Assembly: GCA_965227835.1 (NCBI GenBank)
Contig: OZ245768.1
Location: forward strand, 1,020,001-1,052,000
Origin: Candidatus Saccharimonadota bacterium
GTDB taxonomy: Bacteria; Patescibacteriota; Gracilibacteria; BD1-5; UBA6164
DNA length: 32,000 nucleotides
Direction of reading: 5' to 3'
Below the pieces are notes generated by a model. The model had not been told where the DNA came from and did not search any database. It saw only the letters and a program-made list of their open reading frames with translations. Shown in pieces: positions 9,286 through 20,741 of this stretch. The position numbers and the translations under genes are program-made. Every line of letters begins with the position of its first letter. Positions within the stretch are counted from its first letter, which is position 1.

Positions 9286-10560
9286 CTATTTAAACTTAGA
9301 ATAATCAAACATTTTAACTTCACTATTAACTTTTCTTATAAGATCAAGTATTACTGAAACTATGATAATTAGTCATGCACCACTTATAATAAAATTTATG
9401 GTCTCTCATCATCTTACCAAAGAAACAATATATGGTAAAACAGCTATCAATGCCAAAAAGCTACCTCAAAAAAGATTTAGATGATTTGAAACTTTATAAA
9501 GATAATTTGCCGTATCATTACCTGGTCTAATTCCAGGAATATAACCTCATCTTTTTTGAATATTTTCAGCAACTTGTTCTGTATTAAATGTTATGGAAAC
9601 ATAGAAAAATGAAAATGCTACAACAAGTACAAAATAGAAAAATACAAGAGACCAAGTAGGATTATTCATATCCAAATAAGTATTTAGAAAATTAGCAACA
9701 CTTTGAGCATTAGGGGAAGAAGAATTTGCTAAAAGCTGTCAAATTATAGAAGGAAATGTAACCAATGAAACAGCAAATATTATAGGTATCATTCAAGCTT
9801 GGTTTACTCTTATAGGAAAATAAGATTTTTCCTCTCTACCTGTTCTAGTATAAATAACAGGAATTCTCCTATTTCACTCTGTAAATTTGATTATAACATA
9901 TATTATAATTAAAGTAGCTATAAATATTCAGATAAAAAGAGGGTAGTCTCCTCTGTTTACATAATCCATAAGTATTCAAGGTGTAGCAGCTAAAACTCAG
10001 GCTGTTATTATTATTGAAATACCATTTCAAATACCATATTCTGTCATAGTCTCTCAAAGCCACATCAAAAACATAGTTCAAGCTGAAATTATAATCATAG
10101 CAGATAATATTACTGAAAAATCAGAGGTGTCAATTATAGGTTGTCCAGCTAAACTATTCATAAGAACTATCATTCAGTAAGATTGAGCAAAAGCTAAAGG
10201 TAAAGTTAACCTTCTAGTCCATTTAGTTATAATTCTTTGTCATTGTTCTCATTGTTTTTGTAATTCTCCTATTTTAGGAACTATTACTCAAAGAAGTTGT
10301 AAAATAATAACAGCATTAATATAGGGAGATAATCACATAAGAATAACGGAAAAATTTGTTAATCATCCTCACATCAAAGCTGAAAAAAAGCTAAGTCAAG
10401 AGTTTTCTCATCCTTCAAATATAGAAGCAAGTTGGCTAGTATCAGCTCAAGGAACAGGTATAACAGACAAAATTTTATAAACTAATATCAAAAGTAATGT
10501 AGCTATAATCTTTTTTCTAATATGAGCTATTTCAAAAACAGATTTCAAACTTTCTATCAT
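9286..10560 (-). CDS. secY: Preprotein translocase subunit SecY
   Basis: 424 aa: MIESLKSVFEIAHIRKKIIATLLLILVYKILSVIPVPG ... GIGNGISIIITAG ... KRGGYIPGIRPGNDTANYL ... ISGAGLIIIVSVILDL. Confidence 0.95.
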
Positions 10561-10749
10561 TTTAAATTTTTATTAAATTAATTTTAAAGTATTTTTCTTT
10601 AATAGTTTTATGTATATTTCCTAAGTAAAGGCTGAAGAATTCTTTAATTCCTATAAAATAATAAATTTTTTACATTATTATACTTTTTTATAATACTTAT
10701 TTTATTCTATCACATAATCTATTCCTTCTTATTATATTCTTGTTCTATT

Positions 10750-10870
10750 CCCTCTCCTCCAAAGGAGAGGGTTAGGGTGAGGTCTTATCCAGAGAGGGTG
10801 AGGTTCTTACCCAGAGAGAGTGAGGTCTTGCCGAAGAAGGTTAGATTAATTTGAGCTAAGGTAAGATCTG
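10750..10870. repeat. GC-rich hairpin plus about 3 tandem 22-nt repeats in the rplO-secY spacer
   Basis: The hairpin is CCCTCTCC-TCCAAA-GGAGAGGG (10750-10771). It is followed by GGGTGAGGTCTTATCCAGAGA, GGGTGAGGTTCTTACCCAGAGA and GAGTGAGGTCTTGCCGAAGA. GC content stands out sharply from the surrounding AT-rich DNA. Confidence 0.6.
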
Positions 10871-10980
10871 CTATTATAATAGTGGGATATAAGATTTATT
10901 TCAATAGTATACTAAAAAATTAACATTCTGCAGAAAAAATAATATTTTTTGTTAATTTTCACCAGAAAAATTTTTTACTT

Positions 10981-11015
10981 AGCAAAAATAAAAAACAAGG
11001 CTTATTTTCAAGCCT
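10981..11015 (-). terminator. Intrinsic terminator after rplO
   Basis: On the minus strand, AGGCTT-gaaaat-AAGCCT overlaps the rplO stop and is followed by TGTTTTTTATTTTTGC. Confidence 0.6.
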
Positions 11016-11484
11016 CTAAATCTTCACTATTAATCAATTCTAAATTTCCTCATAAACTCTCAATAGATTTTTTAGCAGAAGCAGATGCTTTATCAACAGT
11101 AATATTTATCTTTTGGCTCAAGCTTCATTTTCATAAAAGCTTTATTTGCAATTTTTTATTGGATACAATTCAATTATTCAAAAGAACTTCTTTATTGATA
11201 TCTAATACTCAATTTTGAGCTAATTTCTCAACATCTGATAAATTAACTATACTAAAATGTTTCTTGAATCTAGAATTAGAAAATCCTTTTAATTTAGGTA
11301 ATCTCCTAAATAAAGGAGTTTGACCTCATTCAAACCAGTCAGGAACACCTCATCCAGATCTAGAATTTTGACCATTATAACCTCTACCACATGTAGTTCA
11401 TTTTCAACTAGCATTTCATCTACCAAGCTTTTTAGAGCTTTTCCTAGAACCCTTGTTTGGTTTTATATTATTTAAAGATATCAT
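11002..11484 (-). CDS. rplO: 50S ribosomal protein L15
   Basis: 160 aa: [64 protein letters not shown]... Confidence 0.95.
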
Positions 11485-11526
11485 AAATTTTAATTAAAAG
11501 TTGTAAAATATATATACTGTAAAAGA

Positions 11527-12009
11527 CTATTTAAAACTCTTAAGTGCTTTTATAGTTGCTCTAGCATTATTTATAAGATTTGAAGATCAATACCTCTTTG
11601 CTAATACATCTTTATATCAAGCAACCATCAAAACTTTTCTAGCAGCACCTCAAGCAATTATTCCAGTACCAACAGAAGCTGGATTTATCATAATTCGAGC
11701 AGCCTTAAACTTAGCTTTTACATCATAGGGAACACTACCTTCTTTAGTAATGTTTACAAGAGTCATATTTTTTTTAGCATCAGAAGTAGCTTTTGCAATA
11801 GCATCAACAACTTCTCAAGATTTACCAATTCCTAGGGCTACTTTACCCTTACCATCTCAAAGAAGCATTACTGCTCTAAATCTAAGCTGTCTACCTCATG
11901 CAGTAACTCTAGTTACCCTATCTATACCTAGAAGTTCTTCCCTAAACTCTTTTTTTTGTTTTAGGTTTTTATCTCATCATCTCTTAAAATTTTTAGAATC
12001 TTGAGCCAT
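11527..12009 (-). CDS. rpsE: 30S ribosomal protein S5
   Basis: 160 aa: ...LLGIDRVTRVTAGGRQLRFRAVMLLGDGKGKVALGIGKSGEVVDAIAKA...GTGIIAGGAARKVL... Confidence 0.95.
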
Positions 12010-12026
12010 ATTTAATATATAAGTAA

Positions 12027-12371
12027 TTAAAATTTTAATCAGTTTTCACGAGCAGATTCAGCCAAAGCTTTAACTCTACCGTGATAAGCAAATCCTCATC
12101 TATCAAAAACTATATTTGTAATATTATTTGATTTAGCTTCACTAGCTATTTTTTCTCATACCTTAGAAGCCATTTGAGTTTTTGTTCAGTCCTTTTTCAT
12201 TTTCAAATCAGAAGCAGAAACTAAAGTTTTTCAACTATCATCGTCAATTATTTGAGCATATATATTGGAGTTACTCCTAAAAACACAAAGTCTAGGTCTA
12301 GATGCACTACCTCTTAGTTTTGATCTAATTCTAGTATGTCTTCTTTGTTTTTTCAATGATTTAGCTAACAT
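12027..12371 (-). CDS. rplR: 50S ribosomal protein L18
   Basis: 114 aa: ...[20 protein letters not shown]...[27 protein letters not shown]. Confidence 0.95.
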
Positions 12372-12408
12372 AGAAATTTAATTTATAAATTAATAAAAAA
12401 CATTTGTA

Positions 12409-12948
12409 TTATTTTCAAGTCTTTCAAGCTTTTCTTCTAATTTGCTCTCATACATATTTTATACCTTTTCATTTATAAGGCTCTGGTTTCTTTTTCGATC
12501 TAATTTTTGAGGCAAACTGTCAAACAAGTTGTTTATCTATACCTGATATATGAAGTATGTTCTTAGCTTTTTCATCTAGCTCAACTTTTAAGTTACTAGG
12601 AAAAGGAACTTCAACTTTATGAGAATATCAAATACTTAGAATCAAACTGCTTCATTGTAGCTCAAATTTATATCAAACACCATTTATTTCAAGTGATTTC
12701 TTATAAGATTGAGTTACTCAAATAACCATATTGTTTATAAAAGCTCTAGTAGTTCACCACATAGCTCCACTTTGATCATTCTTTGGTTTAACTAAAATTT
12801 TATTATCTTGTTTTTCAACCTCCACTTGATCATCTCTATAGATGGAAGAAAGTTCTCAAAGTGGTCATTTAACTATTATATTATTTCATGATATAGTAAC
12901 CTCCACTTTATCTGGAATATCTATTGGTAATTTTCCTATTCTTGACAT
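12409..12948 (-). CDS. rplF: 50S ribosomal protein L6
   Basis: 179 aa: [33 protein letters not shown]...YSHKVEVPFPSNLKVE...PEPYKGKGIKYVGE. Confidence 0.95.
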
Positions 12949-12978
12949 ATTTTTTCGTTAAAAATAAATTTTTTTATA

Positions 12979-13374
12979 TTAAAAAACTTCACAAAGTAAT
13001 TCTCAACCTACATTTAGACTTCTTGCTTCATAACCAGTAATAACTCATTTAGGAGTAGATATTATAAATATTCACTTACCATTTCTTGATTTTTTTATAT
13101 CAGTCGCTGATATATAAATTCTTTGACCTGGTCTACTAATTCTTCTCAAAGTAGGAACATATTTAGTAACTCTAACATCGTTTAAAAATACTTTTATAGT
13201 TTTTTTATTAGATTGATTATCTACTATCTCATAGTTATAAATATACTTATTCTTCTTAAGAACTCTTAATATGTTTGCTTTTATAGAAGAAAAAGGTACA
13301 TCAAAACTTTCTAATCTAGCCATATATGCATTTCTTATTCTAGTCAATAAATCTGCTATTGGATCTATTATCAT
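12979..13374 (-). CDS. rpsH: 30S ribosomal protein S8
   Basis: 131 aa. The track ORF 13072..13374 continues through two TGA codons: ...[36 protein letters not shown]. Both TGA fall on conserved S8 glycines. Confidence 0.96.
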
Positions 13375-13513
13375 AAGTCTTTAAAATTAAATAATTAAAT
13401 TCTTTATTTTTCTAAAAAGTAATAAATTTTTGGGTTTTCATTAAAAAAATTTCATTCTTCTAAAACACCAAGCAATCTTTTTTCAGTTAAATCTCTAAAA
13501 AATGACTTCAAGA

Positions 13514-13738
13514 CTACCAGCTTGATTTTCTTACTCCTGGCAATTCTCAGCTATTTGCTTTTTCTCTAAAACAAATTCTACATATATCAAAAGCTCATAA
13601 ATATCATCTAGTTCTTCAACAAACACTACAAACATTAAAGCTTTTAGTTGCTCTTATAGGTTTTCTTCAATCCCTAATTGCCCTCATAAGCCTTGTTTTC
13701 AATTTATTTGCCTTAGCTATTTTAGATTTTCTAGCCAT
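13514..13738 (-). CDS. rpsN: 30S ribosomal protein S14 (zinc-ribbon type)
   Basis: 74 aa: MARKSKIAKANK...[38 protein letters not shown], with a CxxC...CxxC motif. Confidence 0.9.
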
Positions 13739-13786
13739 TTAAAAAGTGTTAAAAATTAAATATCTTCGTGGAAAATAGTCTCTACA

Positions 13787-14326
13787 TTATTTAGAGAAAG
13801 GAAAACCTAATTCTCTCAAAAGTGTCATTCAATGCTCACTATTTTTAGCTGTAGTTTTAACTGTTACTTGTAATCCGTGTGTTTTTACTACATCTAGTTG
13901 TGGAACTTCTAAAAATATAGTATGCTCTTTTAATCAAAAGTTAAAATTTCATTGTTTATCAAAGCTTTTACTACTAACTCATCTAAAATCTCTAACTCTA
14001 GGAAAAACAATATTTATAAGCTTTTCTAGGAAGTTATACATATTATCTCATCTTAAAGTAACACTAAGTCCAACAGGCATTCAAGCTCTTAGCTTGAAGT
14101 TAGATATTGCTTTTTTTGCATATCTTACTGTAGGAGCTTGACCAGCAATTAAAGATAAATCTTCTTTCAAAGAAGAATAATCCTTACCTCAAGATTTTAT
14201 AAAAGTACCTATACCCATATTCAAAACTATTTTTTCTAGTTTTGGAACTTCCATAATATTTTCTATTTTCAATTCTTCCTTTATTTTAGGAACAATTTCT
14301 TTTTTATATTTTTCTTTAATAGACAT
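13787..14326 (-). CDS. rplE: 50S ribosomal protein L5
   Basis: 179 aa: [19 protein letters not shown]...[47 protein letters not shown]... Confidence 0.95.
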
Positions 14327-14375
14327 TTAGTTATCAATTTAGCAAAAATAAATATTTTTAAAACGAAGCAAAAAC

Positions 14376-14723
14376 CTATTTTATAATGGCACTAATAGCA
14401 TCTTTTTTATCTCCAGTTTTCACAGCAACCTTGGAAAATCTAAATTTCTTTTTCTTACCTTTTTCTTCTACAAACACAAATCATACTCTTGTTGGTTTTG
14501 ATGTAAAAGGGCATATAAGCATTACATTGGAAGCATCAATTGGTTTTTCAAATTTAACAATTTGTCCAGGTGTAGCTCACATTTTTTTTATGTGCCTAGT
14601 AACGATATTAACTCATTTTACAACAATTTTATTTTTAGATTTCAGTACCTTTGTAACTTCAGACTGCTTTTTTTTGTCTTTTCATGAAAGTACCAAAATT
14701 TTATCTCATTTTCTTATTTTCAT
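14376..14723 (-). CDS. rplX: 50S ribosomal protein L24
   Basis: 115 aa: MKIRKGDKILVLSGKDKKKQSEVTKVLKSKNKIVVKGVNIVTRHIKK..., which is KOW-like. Confidence 0.92.
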
Positions 14724-14765
14724 AAATATGTTATCAATTATATATTTAAATTAGACAAAAAATTA

Positions 14766-15134
14766 TTATAGAACTTCAGGAGCTAAACTTACAATTTTTT
14801 GGTATCATTTAGTTCTAAGTTCCCTAGCTACTGGTCAAAATATTCTAGTTCATCTTGGATTTCAAGAGTCATCTATTACTACACAAGCATTGTCATCAAA
14901 TCTCAAATATCATCCATCTTTTCTTCTTATTTCTTTTTTAGTTCTGACAACCACAGCCTTAACAACTTTTTTCTTTTTAACTTGACCACTAGGGTCAGCT
15001 TTTTTTACAGCACACACTATTAAATCCCCTATTGAAGCATATCTTCTGTGTGATCATCATAAAACTTTAATACACAAAACTTCTTTTGCTCCAGAATTGT
15101 CAGCAACTCATAAAATAGATTCAGCTTGTATCAT
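14766..15134 (-). CDS. rplN: 50S ribosomal protein L14
   Basis: 122 aa: [46 protein letters not shown]...[20 protein letters not shown]... Confidence 0.96.
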
Positions 15135-15161
15135 AAAAACTTAGATTTTATTAAATTAAAT

Positions 15162-15392
15162 TTATTTTTGTTCTGTAACAAGAACCCATCTTTTCAATTT
15201 AGACAATGGTCTTGATTCTTTAATAGTAACATTATCTCAAATCTTTGCAGAATTATTCTCATCATGAGCATAAAACTTTTTTGTTACTTTATATCTTTTT
15301 TTATATTTAGGGTCGCTTTTATATGTATCAACCGAAACCACAATTGTCTTATCTGCTTTATCACTAACGACACTACCTTTAATAGTTCTCAT
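15162..15392 (-). CDS. rpsQ: 30S ribosomal protein S17
   Basis: 76 aa: [69 protein letters not shown]. Confidence 0.95.
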
Positions 15393-15471
15393 ATTTTAAA
15401 AAATTATTCATTTAGTAAGATTTATAAGGAAGAATTCCCAATATTTATAAAACTTTAAGAAAACTTCAAAA

Positions 15472-15687
15472 TTAGCCAATATTATAATTATTTTCTACAG
15501 CTACAGTTTTCATAAGAGCTATATATCTCCTAAGATATCTTAAAAGATGTGTTTGCTTTAATTCTCCCAAACTCTTTTTCATACGAAGTTCATAGAGTTT
15601 CTTTGAATTTAGAGTAATTTCATCTTTCAAAGATTTTTGATCTAGTTTTCTCAAATCATCAATTTTTTTTAATTTTAATCCTTTCAT
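15472..15687 (-). CDS. rpmC: 50S ribosomal protein L29
   Basis: 71 aa, the same as the track ORF, ending in TAA. The call rests on its position between rplP and rpsQ and on the L29-like sequence LRKLDQKSLKDEITLNSKKLYELRMKKSLGELKQTHLLR. Confidence 0.9.
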   Translation of the reverse strand: MKGLKLKKIDDLRKLDQKSLKDEITLNSKKLYELRMKKSLGELKQTHLLRYLRRYIALMKTVAVENNYNIG

Positions 15688-15694
15688 AATTTAA

Positions 15695-16099
15695 TTATTG
15701 AGCTAATATTTTAGTTTTAACAGGGAGTTTATAAGAAGCAAGTTTAAAAGCTTCCTTTGCAACTTCTGGAGATACTCAAGTTATTTCAAACATAACTCTT
15801 CCAGGTTTTACAGGAGCTCTATAACATTCAAGCGATCATTTACCTCAACCCATTGGTACTTCTAATGGTTTGGTTGTATATATTTTGTCAGGAAAAATTC
15901 TTATCCAAATTTTTCATCACCTTTTTATAAATCTAACCATTGCTCTTCTAGCAGATTCTATTTGCCTAGAAGTTATATACCCTCTAGTAGTTGCTTTGAT
16001 AGCATAATCACCAAAAGCAATATTTGAACCTCTTATAGCTTTTCACTTTAATCTTCACCTAAAGGTTTTTTTGTATTTAGTTTTTTTTGGTTGTAACAT
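15695..16099 (-). CDS. rplP: 50S ribosomal protein L16
   Basis: 134 aa: [36 protein letters not shown]...[23 protein letters not shown]... Confidence 0.96.
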
Positions 16100-16163
16100 T
16101 TTTAATGTAGAAGTTAGTATATAATTTTATATATTTAGTCAAATTTTTGTTTTCACAAAATAA

Positions 16164-16802
16164 TTAAGACTTTTTCTTGTAAATATCACCTTTATATATC
16201 CAAACTTTTAGACCTAGAGTTCAATAAACTGTTTCTGCCCTAGTAGATACATAATCAATATCAGATCTAATGGTTTGCGTGGGGATATTACCCTCTTTAA
16301 AAGTTTCTTTTCTAGCAATTTCAGCTCAATTAAGTCTACCTCAAATTTTAATTTTTATTCACCTAGCTCAAGATTCCATACTTTTAGATATAGATTGTTT
16401 TATAGCTCTTTTATATGACATTCTTTTTTCTATTTGATTTTTTATATCAAATCATACTATCTTAGCATTCAGGCTAGGTTTTTTTATCTCTTTAACATTT
16501 ATTATAACTTTCTTTCAAGTTTTTTTTGTAAGAAGATTTTGTATTCTTTCTAAATTTTCTCAAGATTTACCCATTATAAGAGACGTCTTTATAGTATAAA
16601 CATCAACTTTTATAAAGTCTTGCTCTATTGAAACAAGCACATCTCACATAGGTATTCAAGTTAGTTCTTTTTCTAAGATTTGCCTTAGAGTTAAATCAAA
16701 AGAAAGCTCAGTTTTGTAATCTTTTTTACTAGAAAACCAAGAAGATTTCCATGTTTTAATATATGGTATTCTAAAGGATGTAGGACTTACTTTATGTCAC
16801 AT
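16164..16802 (-). CDS. rpsC: 30S ribosomal protein S3
   Basis: 212 aa: [12 protein letters not shown]...[59 protein letters not shown]. Confidence 0.95.
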
Positions 16803-16838
16803 AGCTTAAATAATAATTTTTAAGTAATAAATTTATAT

Positions 16839-17165
16839 CTACCTTATTTGAAGTTCTAAACTTACATTGGAAGTTCTTTTCAAAATAGGATGCATTCTTC
16901 ATCTAGAAATAGGTTTTCATCTTTTATATACTATCCCTTTGTTTACAGAAACTGTATCAATTACAAGATTCTCTAATTCTTGCCCTTCGTTGTTTTCAGC
17001 ATTAGAAACAGCCGAGTGCAAAATTTTATATAAAATTCCTGCACCTTTTTTAGGAGCAAATTTCAAAAATTGTAATGCCTCCCCAGCATCCATTCCTCTA
17101 ATTATATAGGCAACTACTCTTAGTTTTTTAGGAGAGATTCTTATATTTTTTCCGTAGGCTCTCAT
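16839..17165 (-). CDS. rplV: 50S ribosomal protein L22
   Basis: 108 aa. The track ORF 16917..17165 is extended through TGA: ...NKGIVYKRGKPISRGRMHPILKRTSNVSLELQIR. Confidence 0.93.
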
Positions 17166-17224
17166 TTTTTAGGTTAAATAAGTTTTAAAATTAAGGTTAA
17201 ATATAATAATAACAAAAATATATA

Positions 17225-17491
17225 TTATTTTCTATTTCAAGAATGACCTTTAAAAGTTCTTGTAGGAGAAAATTCTCAAATCTTGTGTCAAACCATATCT
17301 TCGGTAACAAAAACAGGAATATGTTTTCTTCAATCGTGAACTCAAAAAGTATGTCATACAAATTCAGGGATAACAGTACATGATCTAGACCATGTTTTTA
17401 TAACAGTTTTTTTTCATAGCTCGTTCATTTTTTCAACTTTTTTTAATAGTCTTTCATCTATATATGGTCATTTTTTTAAACTTCTAGACAT
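17225..17491 (-). CDS. rpsS: 30S ribosomal protein S19
   Basis: 88 aa: MSRSLKKGPYIDERLLKKVEKMN...[38 protein letters not shown]. Confidence 0.96.
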
Positions 17492-17524
17492 TTTTACTTA
17501 TATTTAAAGATTAAAAATTCAAAT

Positions 17525-18370
17525 TTACACCAAAAGTTTACCTCTTCTGGTTTTTAGTATCCATCTATTTGTTATTTTTTTCTTGTTTCTTGTTTTATAA
17601 CCTAAAGCTGGCATACCCCAAGGAGTTTTGGGTGCTTTCATACCTATTGGAGAATGTCATTCTCAACCACCATGTGGATGATCAACAGGATTCATAGATT
17701 TACCTAAAACAGTTGGTCTTTTTCACATCCATCTAGATCTTCAAGCTTTTCAAATTACAACTTGAGAATGATCAATATTTGAAACTTGCCCTAGAGTTGC
17801 ATAACATTTCTTATGTACTAGTCTAATTTCTCAAGATGGTAGTTTAACTTGGGTATATTCTCATTCTTGAGATACTATAGTAGCAAAACTTCAAGCTGAT
17901 CTAACACTGCTAGCTCATTGTCAAACTATAAGTTCAAGATTATAAATTTTTAATCAAGTTGGAATATTAGCTATTTCCATCCTATTACCAGATTTAAGTT
18001 CAGTTTTTTCATCAGAGATGATTTCGTCTCAAACTTTCATTTCGCTATGAGCAATTGTATATCTTCTTTCTCAATCTCTATAACACAATAAAGCTATAAA
18101 AGCTGATCTATATGGATCATATTCTATTGTTTCAACTTTTGCCACTATTCATTTTTTGTCGTTACCAAAAAAATCTATTAATCTATATCTTTTAGCATGT
18201 CCTCATCATTTATGCCTTACAGTTATTCTTCAAGAATTATTTCTACCCGAATGTTTTTTTAACTTAATAGTAAGGGGCTTGTAAGGTTTATTAGTAGTTA
18301 TTTCATCATATGAAACAACACTCATTCATCTTCTACCCGGAGTAGTTGGCTTAAATTTCTTAATTCACAT
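17525..18370 (-). CDS. rplB: 50S ribosomal protein L2
   Basis: 281 aa: ...[25 protein letters not shown]-like region ...[35 protein letters not shown]. Two G residues of GGGEG are TGA. Confidence 0.96.
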
Positions 18371-18428
18371 AAATATTTAAGTAAAATAGTTAAGTTTTTT
18401 ATTATTTTATAATAATTATATTTTTATA

Positions 18429-18722
18429 TTATTTCAAAATAGAAAAATCTATCTTATCTTTTGGATCTCTTAATTTAACATAAGCTTTTTTCACAGATTT
18501 TCTCTTTATTTGAGTTCATTTTCTACCAAATTTAAACTTCTCTCTTGTATTAACAATGTTTACATCAGATACTTCAACATCATATAGTTCAAATATAGCT
18601 TTTTTAATATCTATTTTAGTAGATTTTTTATCAACTATAAAAGCATAAAGACTACTTCACAATCAAATTTTTGAAGTCTTTTCTGTAACTACAGGTTTTT
18701 TTATTATTCTATAAAGTCTCAT
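18429..18722 (-). CDS. rplW: 50S ribosomal protein L23
   Basis: 97 aa: MRLYRIIKKPVVTEKTSKIG...AFIVDKKSTKIDIKKAIFELYDVEVSDVNIVN. Confidence 0.92.
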
Positions 18723-18740
18723 TATCTTTTAGTTAAATTA

Positions 18741-19367
18741 TTATTTTTCTGCTTTTGAATTTAGCTCCTCCACAGAATCTTTAAGTAATACTAAACTATC
18801 ATATTTCAATAAATCTTTAACATTCAAGTATGACAATAAAATATTTTTTACATAGGGTAGGTTATTAGCAGATTTAAATACTGTATTATCTTTTTCTTTT
18901 AAAGTTAAAAGAACTTTATCACCAATAGGTAGAGATTTAAGTATTTGATTCATATTTTTTGTCTTTATTTCAGACAAGGACAGTTTATCAAGAACTATTA
19001 ATTTCTCGTTTCTAACTTTATCAGAAAGTAAAACATTTATCGCTAATCTTCTTTCTTTTTTATTCATAGAAATTGAGAAGTTTCTATCATTTCTTGGTCA
19101 GAAAACAACTCATCATTTTTTTCTAATAGGTGATCTATTGGAACCCATTCTAGCTCTACCTGTTCATTTTTGCCTATAAATTTTTCTAGTTGATCATCTT
19201 CTTTCTCATCTTGTTTTTGTATGTGCAATATTTATCCTAGAGCTAGAAAGTTGATAAACCAAAGCTCTGTGCACTATGTTTTGATTTAATTCCAAAGAAA
19301 ATACAGAATCGTTTAACTGCATTGTTCAGTTTTGTTTTCATTTATCATTATAAACTTTAATTTCCAT
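18741..19367 (-). CDS. rplD: 50S ribosomal protein L4
   Basis: 208 aa: ...[45 protein letters not shown].... The track ORF 18741..19067 is the C-terminal part. Confidence 0.95.
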
Positions 19368-19393
19368 AATTTTAACTTTATTATTTTAGAATA

Positions 19394-19999
19394 TTAAAAA
19401 GATATATTTACGATTGAATTTCTGGCACCAGGAACTCATCATCTAACTCATATTACATTAATATCTTTATTCACTAATTCTAAAGGTACTTTTTTTATTT
19501 TAATGTTTATATTTCAATGGTGTCAGTGCATTTTTTTTCATTTATGAGTCCTTGTTGGTTTTCTGTTACCTATAGAACCAAGTGCTCTATGGAACTTGGA
19601 CCCATGACCAGAAGGTCAACCATGAAAATTGTGTTTTTTCATAGCTCAAGTAAATCATTTTCATTTTGATTTAGAAACTATATCAACTTTTTCAACTCAA
19701 TCTAATATTTCTAAACTTATTTCATCTCAAATTTTAAATTTTTCGCTATCTTCTTTACTCATAGGAAATTCCTTTAAAATTGAAAACTCATTCTTACTTA
19801 AAGTAGTTTTTCATTTTTTTAAATTTCCCTCTGATTCCTTTGATAGTAAACCAACAATTAGAGCATCATATCAATCTTTTTCCAGAGTTTTAAATCAAAC
19901 TATTTTTGATTTTGGAATTTCAAGTAAAGTTATAGGTATAAATTTATCATCTTTGACAATTCTAGTCATTTCCAATTTTTTAGCTAAAATTCAAGCCAT
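19394..19999 (-). CDS. rplC: 50S ribosomal protein L3
   Basis: 201 aa: MAGILAKKLEMTRIV...[47 protein letters not shown]. Confidence 0.95.
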
Positions 20000-20239
20000 T
20001 TTAAAAAATGATTACAAATTAAAGTTAGAGGTTAAACTTTTCTAAATTTTTTTAGATAGTTTAACTTAACCTCTTCTTAGAATAAACTTTTCAAAAAAAT
20101 GATGTTTTTCAAAAAAAGCTTTAGCAAGGATTATATAAAAATTATATTAAATGCAAATTTTTTTATTATCAAGTGTATTTTTAGGGTTTTATAAGGTCGT
20201 AAATTTAGGAAAAGTAGGAAATTATTTTAGATTTTATAC

Positions 20240-20512
20240 AAAAAAAGCCCCCCATCGAGGGGGGCAAGACACGAATATAGATTCGTGTGCAAACCTACAA
20301 CATTTAAACTGTCGATGTTAGAGTATTCAGCACGTTAAGCTGTTAAGATTTGACTTTTGACTGTTTTAAAAATAAAGAAACAGTCTCGTACTTAAACATA
20401 TGCCTATGAATAATTTATTCATCCTCAAACATTATATTGACACATCAAAAATAATTAAATTCTTGATATTAAGTGCGTCTCAAGTTGTTTTACAATTTCG
20501 AATCGAACAACT
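20240..20512 (-). ncRNA. Unclassified structured RNA, paralog A (about 270 nt)
   Basis: It lies between its own promoter (20519-20546) and a GC-rich intrinsic terminator: GCCCCCC-ATCGA-GGGGGGC at 20247-20265 plus a U7 run. Several internal hairpins are visible, for example ACACGAAT/ATTCGTGT, GACTGTTT/AAACAGTC and AGTTGTT/AACAACT. No ORF is conserved with paralog B. Confidence 0.6.
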
Positions 20513-20518
20513 GCAAAT

Positions 20519-20546
20519 ATTATAATTTTTATATAGCTAAAGTCAA
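20519..20546 (-). promoter_or_regulatory. Sigma70-like promoter of RNA A
   Basis: On the minus strand, TTGACT (20546-20541), a 16-nt spacer, then TATAAT (20524-20519). Confidence 0.65.
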
Positions 20547-20741
20547 ATTTTTGCAGAAAAATTTTCATCATCCCTCAAAAATAGCTTTGTAAAGAGGTAA
20601 TCATTGTTTTATTCTTTGTTCTTAAAGAAATTCAAAAGCAATATTTTAATAAAAATATCTGTACTTTGTATAATTTTATTGTACAATACATTATCTGATC
20701 TTGAGTGCCTTGTTATAAAAATAAAACCATGGCATATAGTT

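Noticed and set aside
10657-10920. An open plus-strand frame of about 88 codons running through the GC-rich repeat island
   Set aside because: It has no ATG, GTG or TTG start, no RBS and low-complexity Arg/Val/Pro-rich output generated by the repeats. It lies antisense to the predicted secY leader.
13375-13513. An unusually long (139 nt) rpsN-rpsH spacer that might hide a gene or regulatory RNA
   Set aside because: It is AT-rich, with no convincing hairpins, promoter boxes or ORF beyond a 4-codon ATG..TAA. I have noted it only as a candidate for comparative analysis.
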